A model generated the notes under the pieces. That model was not told the origin of the DNA and made no database searches. It was given only the letters and a program-made list of their open reading frames with translations. From the NCBI GenBank assembly GCA_043228905.1, contig JBHGNT010001443.1, positions 1-8,417 on the forward strand: DNA of 8,417 bases, read 5' to 3'. Below, piece after piece: positions 1 through 8,062 of the stretch. The stretch is from Azolla caroliniana (taxonomy: Eukaryota > Plantae > Polypodiophyta). A program made the position numbers and the translations under genes. The number at the start of each line of letters is the position of its first letter. Within the stretch, counting starts at the first letter, position 1.

Positions 1-400
1 CTAGTGACAGTTTTTTCGAACTCCAATGTATCAACTTTTGTCGAATGGAATGGATAACGGGTGCAATCATAGTCTCTGGCGGTATGTTGAAACCAATTTG
101 GAAGCCCAAATATTTGGTGCTCGCTCCTTGATTGATCCATTTGAAAGTGGGATGTGGGTGCCACGCCAGATATGTTTCATGAGAAAGCCATATTGCATAG
201 GATTTGTGCCAATTGATCATGACATTGGATCTCTTGCAAAATACGGCTAACCCACTTTCTAGCTTTTGGAGGTTTTCCAAGTCCCCTTGCAGGTAGACCG
301 ATGTGTCATCTGCAAATTCTATATCCAAGATGCTTTGGTGAGAATGAGGTACGGGAAGACCACGTAGGTTGAGATGTCGCGAGTTGAGAAAAAGGTGGCT
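1..400 (-). mobile_element. L1-clade non-LTR retrotransposon (LINE) ORF2 reverse-transcriptase fragment, 5'-truncated, continuing beyond the left window edge
   Basis: Manual minus-strand translation from 400 to 1 has no stops: SHLFLNSRHLNLRGLPVPHSHQSILDIEFADDTSVYLQGDLENLQKLESGLAVFCKRSNVMINWHKSYAIWLSHETYLAWHPHPTFKWINQGASTKYLGFQIGFNIPPETMIAPVIHSIRQKLIHWSSKKLSL. It contains the RT catalytic FADD (316-305), INWHKS, KYLG (115-104) and WSSKKLSL, all typical of plant L1 ORF2. The upstream RQGCPL motif is absent and in-frame stops occur at about 464-487. Confidence 0.92.
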
Positions 401-2480
401 TATACATTGCATTAAGGCTATTTCACCAAGAAAACATAAGTTGTCTTTTGCAGTACAATAATATCATTTTCATGAAACCGTTATCTAAATAAAGGTATTA
501 ATATGAAATTTGTCGTATTGTACAAATATCTTGCATTATGCGATATTTTGTAAAGTTTTGGCAAGCATGTCGATGAACGTCAAGTTACTGAAGAAAATTG
601 GATGGATTTTACTTAGTTAAGCTGAGGGACGAGCATGTGTATGTGATTCTAAGTGTATACTAAAACCAAGCCAATATCATTTAAAATGGTTTCTGATGCA
701 TAAACAAGCTCAATTAGAGGTGGTTGTGAGTGCATGTTAGTGAAATACGAGTGTGAGAACATTCTTTTGGTGAATTGAGCTTATGGTGAATGCTTTCTTT
801 TGACTGAATTACTCTATACCCTATTTGAGAGAAATGATCAACCAAGAATATTTTAACTCTAGATATATGTCTTTGTTGGGGGTGACGGCATCAAAGGAGA
901 CGTCAATATTGAAGTGCATTGAAAGAAACACTAAGATAATTTTTCTTCACAAGAATGAAGTTGGAAGAAAGTTGAGGCGTAAGTAACATGATAGATTGAA
1001 GCCGTATATATTTAACAAAAGACACACGTGATCCATTTGAGAAAAATAATCATATATCTGAGAATACCAACAAGGGGGAAAACTTTTGATTCTCTAAACA
1101 TAATATCAATTATGAAAATTTACGCAAGCTTTGCACAAACTAAGTGGCATATGCATGCCATAAAAATATCATTAGAAAATATTTTTTCCCTTGTGTAGAG
1201 TGAAAAGGGTGTGCAACATGAACGCAAGAATTGTTAGAATTTAAAATATCTTCATCACCTACGCATATGTACAATCTCTACAACAATGGATCCCGAGGTA
1301 AAAATAATTCATTGATTTGTGAAATATCTCTTGTTGCAAGTTCCAACTTGTAGGAAAAGAGAAAATGCAATTAGCTTTCACGTGCATGTGTCAAATGGGA
1401 CAACGAGAATATAGATACCCAAAAAATTGTTTTCATTTGTACAAACAAAGGTTAACAAAAGACCATGACAAGACTTAGTGCCAAGCAAGTGCAATATAAT
1501 GCATGTTAAATTTCTATTAATTATGTAATATACTTTTTCCCTTGGCTTTCACGACGATTATGATATGTGACATCTAGGCTTTCTTTGGAGTAAAAGTTTA
1601 GTTTATTTATATGGAAATTGCTTTTTATCCACTCGCAATGTTCGTTGATGCAAATAGACATGAGACATTGACAAAAAACAAAAGCAAATCTATCATAAAA
1701 TTGACACTAGATGAAGTTTTTACATGCGAATTTTGACAAGAAACCAATACATACAAATTAATAAAATTGAGGGGCTCCTTGAAGTAGGTTTGTTGACAAA
1801 GATATCCCTCTTTTGCATGTGTTGTTAACCTAATTAAACATTAAAGGTATTCAATTTACATTCATCGTCTTGTTACCTTTCTAACCTTTGTTGAGAATTT
1901 CAAAGCAAATAGATAAAAAAAACAAATCATTACAATATGGTGTGAATTATTGTGTAGTACTTTGTATCATGAATTTGAAAGAAACACAATGTGGGTTTTG
2001 TAGTTTCATAGAAACTTGACAAGTTTAGGTTGAGTTTTAGTAAGAATGCAGTAAAACATCTACTTCTACGTTCTTTTAACCATTCACGAGTCACGACTAA
2101 CTAGTACATTTCAGGCCTAGAATCAATCGAGTCATAAGTAAGAGATGTCATGCAAATGAAAGATTATTTAACATAAGCGCACGATAAATAAAGTCTGACA
2201 GATACATTTGTTTAAGGAAATCATTTTATTGTCGTTACTTTCATGCAAGTTCTCTCGAGGAAGGGTCTCTTATCCTATTATTCATGATACAAACATTCAT
2301 GATCATGATGGGTTAACAAAATACACGACGATCCATCTACACATTGTTTGCAAAGAACAAGCATTATTATGTCATATAGAGCGCCTTTCAACAATGTTTG
2401 ACGCATGGTGAAATTTATCCTTGTGCATAGTCAAATTTGAGTAGCAATGTAAAGATGTGCATTAACCATGTACATCATGA

Positions 2481-2503
2481 CGCGCGCGCGCACACACACA
2501 CAC
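2481..2503. repeat. Compound microsatellite (CG)5(CA)6C, left flank of the MITE
   Basis: Read directly: cgcgcgcgcg cacacacaca cac. Confidence 0.95.
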
Positions 2504-2746
2504 CATAGTATGAACCATACGTACCATACGTGCATGCGCATTCCACGAATGTTTCAATCATTCGAGTATGATAAACACCCTCAAAGAACGATAAATACCA
2601 TACTTTTGGATTAACTATTTATTATGAGCTAAATAAGGCTAAAAAATGGGGAAAAAACACAAGAATGTTTGAATAACATTCGCATTCGTTTTCCAATGTA
2701 GGAAAACAAATGTTATGCTAGACGAACACGAATTTTACGTACTATG
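2504..2746. mobile_element. 243-bp non-autonomous TIR element (MITE), probably hAT superfamily
   Basis: The left end CATAGTATGAACCATACGT matches the reverse complement of the right end CATAGTACGTAAAATTCGT at 14 of 19 positions, with the first 7 perfect. ACACACAC flanks both sides (2496-2503 and 2747-2754), compatible with an 8-bp TSD. Internal repeated motifs are ACCATACGT x2 (2514-2531) and GAATGTTT(C/G)AAT..CATTCG (2547-2564, 2663-2682). There is no ORF. Confidence 0.65.
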
Positions 2747-2770
2747 ACACACACACACACACACAAACAC
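2747..2770. repeat. (AC)9 microsatellite with imperfect tail, right flank of the MITE
   Basis: Read directly: (AC)9 at 2747-2764, then AAACAC. Confidence 0.95.
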
Positions 2771-3221
2771 AATTCTACAATAATCCAACATTGGACTTGT
2801 TGTATGGGTTGCGGGCATTTGAATTTAAGTCTTAACCATTTTTGGCCCACAACATCAAACTCGTACTATAACATAATGATAGAATGGGAATTTTGTTGAG
2901 CAACAACTCATTTTACCTATTATTTCTTTTGTGGAAATATACATCTTTTGGGTAAACGAAATACATGAATTTAACATTAGAAGTCAAATCAATAAAAACA
3001 AAATCTTTCTCGTTTCTATGACACTCAAAAAACTTAAATATGGCTGTTACTTTAAAATAGTGTTGTTGAAACATGTTGAGAATGATCATGAATAGAATGA
3101 CATATTACACCTAATACAAGCAAACGTTTTTTAAGAGATGTAGATAAATTTATTATACAAAATGCATGAGACTATGATAACTTGTGTTGTTTATTTATTA
3201 CAAGGAGGAATACATTGTTAT

Positions 3222-3362
3222 CTACCTTGAAAGCTTGTGGTAGCATTCAGTTTTTTGGATAAAGATTATGTTGAACAAGAGCAGGTTGAAGAAGTATTGA
3301 AATGGTTCATAACTATGACCTGCGAGGGCTTGTTTCCGAATAGAGCTACTTTTGTTGTTGTC
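3222..3362 (+). pseudogene. Pentatricopeptide-repeat (PLS-class PPR) gene relic: one full P motif plus flanks
   Basis: The translation LP*KL-VVAFSFLDKDYVEQEQVEEVLKWFITMTCEGLFPN-RATFVVV aligns without gaps to the recalled PPR pattern LPxRD-VVSWNALIAGYAQQGQGEEALKCFEQMQCEGLSPN-AVTFVCV. The motif is exactly 35 aa (3237-3341). An in-frame TGA lies at 3228-3230, and similarity is lost downstream. Confidence 0.7.
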
Positions 3363-3849
3363 TATGGATATAGATACCTTGCAATGTGTATATGGAATAG
3401 CTTGCAATTACTAGACAGTTTTCTCTACGTTGGAGTACATAGATTTGTTTCCTCAACCATTGTCTTACACAAGAAGCACTTGGGGAATAAATACTTTGTA
3501 TGTTGTAGCCGTTATGACCTTTTTATATAACTAATGGAAGGATATATTGTTTTGGAAAAAACTTCCCTCTTTGTGGCACTCCACATTGTATGTTGTAATA
3601 TGAATCAATATGTGATATAAGATGAATTTCCTCTCGAAACAAATGAAACTGTATAAATTTGTGTGATGTCAGATGAGTAACAATGAAAGTAGAACAACTT
3701 AATCATTTGTTGAATGAGACAATACCAAGGAATGGACTTTGTATCGACAAAGTTACATGGGTGAGTTGTAATTGCAATACTTTTATTTTTTTGACTTGGT
3801 AGGATGTACAAGAGAAGGGGGAGGAATAACATACTATGTGGTTGTCAAG

Positions 3850-4028
3850 TTTCAACATGTTGAAGAAGTGAAAATTATTGGGAAATCAAAGGCATGTAAT
3901 GCAAATCACCCGTAAAGCATGATTGATATTGAAATAATAATGACATGCACGAAAGTGAGTGCTCCTTACTGAGCATAGGCAATACATTAATATTGACATC
4001 AATTAAGCGAAGGTCCAAGGAGGACTGT
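3850..4028 (+). pseudogene. Highly decayed PPR relic (P/L/S motif echoes)
   Basis: QHVEEV shares the 11-mer GTTGAAGAAGT (3859-3869) with 3285-3295. KAC lies at 3889-3897. HESECSLLSIGNTLILTSIKRRSKEDC (3948-4028) keeps the spacing of the PPR S-motif GNTLIDMYAKCGSLEDA. The pieces are in different frames. Confidence 0.4.
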
Positions 4029-5023
4029 AGCATGACAAACATTACATGTACAAATGTCAAACTCCCAACCACAAAAATATATCTGCTCTCACATATGATT
4101 ATCCAACATAAGATAAAATTCTCAACATCGTAATCTAAGAAATATTGTCCTCAGAAACATCGATCATTGGCATAATTCTCTTTTTAGAACACTCAATAAA
4201 TGTAAAACTAGGAAATGCGAATCACAGTCCCTAATAATGTTCACCATGCATTTCCTGACAAATTGTCGACTGTGTGATGCAACAACTCCGCTAAAGCTCA
4301 CATTTGATTCATGAATATTGTAAAAAAATCTAGATGCACTTTGGTTCAACATGTGCCTTTTCATGAAGTGTACATCAATAGATGCTATTACCATGCAAGA
4401 TGACACATTGTTTTAGTTGGCAAATAGTCAGCTTTTACAGGACTCTAGTGCAAAGTGCTCATTCACATGTTTGTACAATGAATGATCAAAATTTCAAAGC
4501 CAAGTGTTCATATTATGAAATAAAAAAACAATACAAAGTGAAGCGATAGAAGAATAATCGGATCTTTAAACCTTGTCCAATGAAACTACTATACAATCAA
4601 CATTCCAGTCCTTTTGAATGTTCACATTTTCTATTTATTGTTAGTCATGGCAATCTTTGCAGATCTAGGGTCACAAAACTAATGACACATACAATATGAC
4701 ATCTAACCCAATGCGATAAACTATCCTAAAGTCCATGAGCATGGTTGTCATAAAAGTTGCAAATGACACAATTCAAAGATGATATATTAACCGAAAATGA
4801 GAATGTACTCTAAAAATTCCATCCTCTTCGAAGACAAAAAGGTTGGAATGGTTGATAATAAATCCATAAAGAAATAATACTATTCATATTGTCACCAATG
4901 CAATGTAGATGCCATTCATATACAATAGAAAAGTGATCTAATGTGGATGCAATGTATCGCTCTAATCTTATCGACATCTTCTTAATATGTTTTTTTCATT
5001 AACCACTCAATGGGGGCAACTCC

Positions 5024-5250
5024 TAGAATTATTATAGGATAAGTAATGGCCATAGGACCTTTTTCTGAAGTAGACATTTGTCTCATTTTAATATATATAG
5101 CAAACATCTTTGATGTAGAAAGCCAATCAATATAAGGTGATTCATTTCCTTCTTGACAACTTATTTTGACACTTGGTTGTCCATGTAGTCTCCCTCCCCC
5201 CACATACATATACTATCAGTAAGTTAACTCAATGCATTTCTCCCTTGTTC
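5024..5250 (-). pseudogene. Highly decayed PPR relic on the minus strand
   Basis: In order on the minus strand: EQGR (5250-5239), NLLI, MYVGGGRLHGQPSV (compare MYAKCGSLEDARKV), a frameshifted NKLSRR, and RQMSTSEKGPMAITYPIIIL (compare EQMQSEGLSPDAITYACIL). The order matches L-S-P-L motifs but needs several indels. Confidence 0.4.
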
Positions 5251-5502
5251 ATTTCGTCAACACAAATAAAATGATATAGACAACAATGTCATGCCATTCC
5301 ACTCAACATTGTGAACTAAGTTGACACTTTCGTCTTTTTCTTCTTCATGTTTTGTGAGGAGATCTCAACGACAATTAAAAGCCAACACCTTCTTTGTCAT
5401 GTTTCTTTGGGAGCTAGTAAAAGTAGCTGAGCAGGCAAGCTAATAACGAACGAGTCCAAGAAAGATGGTCACTACCACATGTATGGAGTAGATGTACCAC
5501 GA

Positions 5503-5514
5503 CACATGCATGTG
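5503..5514. promoter_or_regulatory. RY/Sph element (CATGCATG) inside a perfect 12-bp palindrome
   Basis: CACATGCATGTG read directly. RY motifs are established binding sites for B3 factors of the ABI3/VP1 type. Confidence 0.4.
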
Positions 5515-5599
5515 GGAGCGACAGAAGAGTTGAGGGGTGTGTGTCATTACAAAAGAAAAACGACATAAACCTAATGTTTTTTAAATGGTCTTTGAATCT

Positions 5600-5666
5600 T
5601 CCACGTCATCATCACTTTTGACACACGTGGCCGCTCGCCTGACGTGGATTTGCCACGTCGGACGTC
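5600..5666. promoter_or_regulatory. Cluster of five ACGT-core bZIP/bHLH sites (ABRE/G-box/C-box), likely proximal promoter
   Basis: The sites are TCCACGTCA 5600-5608, ACACGTGGC 5623-5631 (G-box/ABRE), TGACGTGGA 5640-5648, GCCACGTC 5652-5659 and GACGTC 5661-5666. The cluster sits at the transition to CpG-rich DNA, just upstream of a pyrimidine patch (5681-5735). Confidence 0.65.
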
Positions 5667-5742
5667 GTCCCTAGGAAGGGTTTCTTTCGTTCACACTCTC
5701 CGATTCTTTCAGTTTCTGTCTTGCACTTTGCCTGCAGAGGAG

Positions 5743-6700
5743 GAGCAGGAGCTTCATCGCCATCGCCATCGCCAACGCCAACGCCAACGAGCTTCCAAGC
5801 TCTAATTTCTCTGTATACCCTTTCATCTTCCTTCTCTTCTTGTTCTCGAGGTTCTCTTGGAAAACATCTTACTGAGCGAGGAGCTTTGTCGCCATAGCCA
5901 GCAAGCTTCCAAGTTCAAACTTCTGTGTATATCTTTCATTATCTTCTTCTCCTTCTTCTCCTTCTTCTCGAGGTTCCCTTCGGAAACAGATTACTGATCA
6001 AGGAACGTTATTTCCATAGCCAGCGAGCTTCTAAGTTTAAAATTCTCCGCCGACTAATATTTTATCCGCTTCTTTTTCTTCTTCTCCTAGAGGCACTCTC
6101 CTTGGAAACGGCTTATTTAGCGTTGAAGCTCATTGCCATAGCCATCGTATCGTGCCTTCACATTCAAATTTCTGTGAATAAATCTTTCAACCTTTTCTTC
6201 TTCTTCTCGAGGATATCTTCGGAAACAGATTTCTGAGCAAGGTGATTCATCCCCGTAACCATTGGGATTTGAAGCTCAAAATTCTCCGTCTACAAAGATG
6301 TTATCATTATCGTCGTTTTCTTCTTCATATTTCAAGGCTATTTTCGTAAACAGCTTGCTGAGCAAGGAGCTTCACCGCCATAGTCCACCAGCTCCATAAA
6401 AAGACAAGAGCTCACATTTCTTTGTCTACACTCATTCATATTTTTCTGAAAGAATTATTTCTGAAGCAGTAGTATAAAGAAACGCCATCGCCATCGCCAT
6501 TGTCATAGAGTTTCTCAACACGAAAATCAGATTGCGCTCTCTAAACTCTTTCGTCTTGCTCTTCCTCTTAGTTCCCTTTTGCTGAAATAATAAATTCTCG
6601 AGTAGGAACTTTTAAATGCCATCGCAAGGGAGCTTTGCAACAAATTTCATACTTTCACTCTCTATTGTGTATGAACTTTACCACCATAGCTAGAGACTCG
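5743..6700 (+). repeat. Degenerate tandem array of ~120-bp units (7 full, 2 partial)
   Basis: Unit starts (GGAGCTT-like) fall at about 5748, 5880, 6002, 6124, 6241, 6366, 6479, 6605 and 6672, giving spacings of 132, 122, 122, 117, 125, 113, 126 and 67. The shared order is GGAGCTTCATCGCCATAGCCAGCGAGCTTCCAAGCTCAAATTTCT...(CTT)n CTCGAGG...GGAAACAGATTACTGAGCAA. Unit 1 has an expanded (CAWCGC)n tract (5755-5789). Confidence 0.88.
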
Positions 6701-6872
6701 CTCAACTTGTTCGCCTAATTTCACTCTCTGAGTTCGTGTTCTGCAGTTTCTTTCTTGCTTTCTTGCTTCTTTGCTTTTGCTTTGCCTAAACTCTTCCTTT
6801 TCAGCTGATTGTTCCTCGCTTTCATTCATCGCAACATCATTATCTTGACAGATACTGCACTGCAAGGAAACG

Positions 6873-6893
6873 GTACTGTTTCCTTTCTTTTTG

Positions 6894-6931
<38 letters not shown>

Positions 6932-7027
6932 CAGATCGCATCTGCCATCGACCACATTTCTAGGCAGTCTTCTCTTCTGCGTAAAAATCCTCATTTCCAT
7001 TTCCTGCTTCTCTCCCTCTCTCTGCAG
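6873..7027 (+). other. Candidate 5'-UTR intron of the myosin VIII gene
   Basis: Donor-like ACG|GTACTG at 6872/6873 and acceptor-like CTCTCCCTCTCTCTGCAG| ending at 7027. Alternative acceptors are TTTTACTCTTCAG (7363) and CTCTTTCTGTAG (7390). The structure cannot be fixed without RNA data. Confidence 0.4.
6897..6928. repeat. (CT)16 microsatellite (GAGA element)
   Basis: Read directly. Such tracts are common in plant 5' UTRs and first introns and are known BBR/BPC binding sites. Confidence 0.95.
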
Positions 7028-7419
7028 GTTCTTTCACAAACGATCGAGTTTTTGATTTAAGAAGATCGCTTTTTTTACTGTAATAATAATATATTAGAAG
7101 GCCATTCGTTTCTACATTTCTGCAAATTTATTTCTCAATATTTGATGAAAGACGGGGGATATTTTACGTCACTAATGGCCTTCCACGTTTTGAATTCAGA
7201 GACAGTAGAGAACAACATTTTTGCTCTACTGTCGTGCTCTTTCTCATTTTGATTCGACATTTCTGCTAACTGCCGTCTTTGGATAAAAGGCGGCTTTATA
7301 TAGCAAAAGGTTTTCCGAAGCTTGGGATCTTAAACAAGAACAATGATAATTTTTACTCTTCAGGGGAGTTTTGTTTCTCTCTTTCTGTAGATTCTTCAAC
7401 TAAAACAACAGAAATATCG

Positions 7420-7440
7420 ATGAAAAAGAGCTTTCCGTAG
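7420..7440 (+). promoter_or_regulatory. Short upstream ORF MKKSFP* in the last leader exon
   Basis: ATG AAA AAG AGC TTT CCG TAG lies downstream of the acceptor-like sites at 7363 and 7390 and ends 43 nt before the main ATG. Confidence 0.4.
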
Positions 7441-7483
7441 CTAAAGGTTTAGCAATCTGAGATTTTCAAGTCAGTTACATTAG

Positions 7484-8062
7484 ATGGCTCGTAGTACCCT
7501 AGAGCTATTGTTAGACTCGATTAAAGACAGAGAGGAACAACCTGCAGAAGAGCTCCCATGGCTGCCGAAGAGACCAACATCAAGAGCTCGTTTGCCTTCA
7601 ACCAGAGTCCGCCCATCTCTGTTGTTTGGTGAGTACAAACTCAACCGATCTAATGGAAACATATCACAAAAGACATCATCTACAATGAATAATTTTCATT
7701 CCAAGGAGAGGGACGAACCTGCGGTGAGCGGAAATCATCTGGCAAGTGTTTGCTTCCTATATGAGAAAGATAACTCTCATTCAAAGGAGAGGAATGAACT
7801 GAGCGTGAATAGAAATCATGTGGCAAGTGTCCTATCTCCATCCAAGTCAGATAAATATCATTCCAATAATGCAGTCAATGAAATGCATATGGAGGAGGGG
7901 AAATTAGAGAAAATAGATATTTCCAAAGATAGATTGAATACAGGTGGCACTGATGAGGAGTCCGTTCTGCAGGCGCTGAATTCAATCAAGAAACAAGAGC
8001 AGTCAGTAGGATTGGATAGCATGAAGAAGAGGAAGAGGGATTATCATCACACTTGGAGAAAG
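7484..8062 (+). CDS. First coding exon (193 codons) of a plant class VIII myosin (ATM2/Myo8-like N-terminal extension); motor-domain exons expected beyond the window
   Basis: The N-terminus MARSTLELLLDSIKDREEQPAEELPWLPKRPTSRARLPS matches the recalled myosin VIII signature (R/K)S(S/T)LExML...LPxLPxRP(T/N)SRARLPS of Arabidopsis ATM2 and moss Myo8. The ATG follows an in-frame TAG (7481-7483). A phase-0 donor AAG|GTGTTA lies at 8062/8063 after KKRKRDYHHTWRK, where homologues have a K-rich segment just before the SH3-like domain. Downstream DNA is AT-rich and intron-like. Confidence 0.85.
7688..7867 (+). repeat. In-frame 81-bp (27-aa) tandem duplication within the myosin VIII exon, about 2.2 copies
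   Basis: The copies are NNFHSKERDEPAVSGNHLASVCFLYEK, DNSHSKERNELSVNRNHVASVLSPSKS and DKYHSN. CATTC anchors at 7697, 7778 and 7859 are exactly 81 bp apart. Confidence 0.9.

Noticed and set aside
26-250. 74-aa plus-strand ORF
   Set aside because: It is the antisense shadow of the LINE RT frame on the minus strand.
1380-1425. TCMCQMGQREYRYPK as a SWIM zinc finger of a MULE transposase
   Set aside because: It lacks the terminal CxH, and I found no other transposase motif nearby.
2208-2411. 67-aa ORF, and similar short ORFs at 3222-3407, 3605-3832 and 3875-4072
   Set aside because: They are short and show no recognisable domain or exon signals, as expected by chance in AT-rich DNA.
5672-5769. 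Minus-strand small ORF MAMAMKLLLLLCRQ... and similar ATGGC starts in other array units
   Set aside because: The equivalent frame checked in the next unit stops after a few codons (MATKLLAQ*). These are a by-product of the GCCAT motif.
5925-6236. 103-aa Leu/Phe-rich ORF that looks like a membrane or signal-peptide protein
   Set aside because: It starts at GTG, and the hydrophobic runs come from the (CTT)n tracts of the array. Unit lengths do not preserve frame.
5743-6700. CRISPR-like interpretation of the regularly spaced repeats
   Set aside because: The whole ~120-bp unit is homologous between copies, with no identical short repeats and unique spacers. The context is eukaryotic and there are no cas genes.
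6662-7060. Overlapping ORFs of 112 aa (-) and 83 aa (+) with RERERE and SLSLSL runs
   Set aside because: They are low-complexity translations of (CT)16 and adjacent pyrimidine tracts, with no recognisable domain.
7480-7662. 60-aa minus-strand ORF
   Set aside because: It is antisense to the conserved myosin VIII N-terminal motif.
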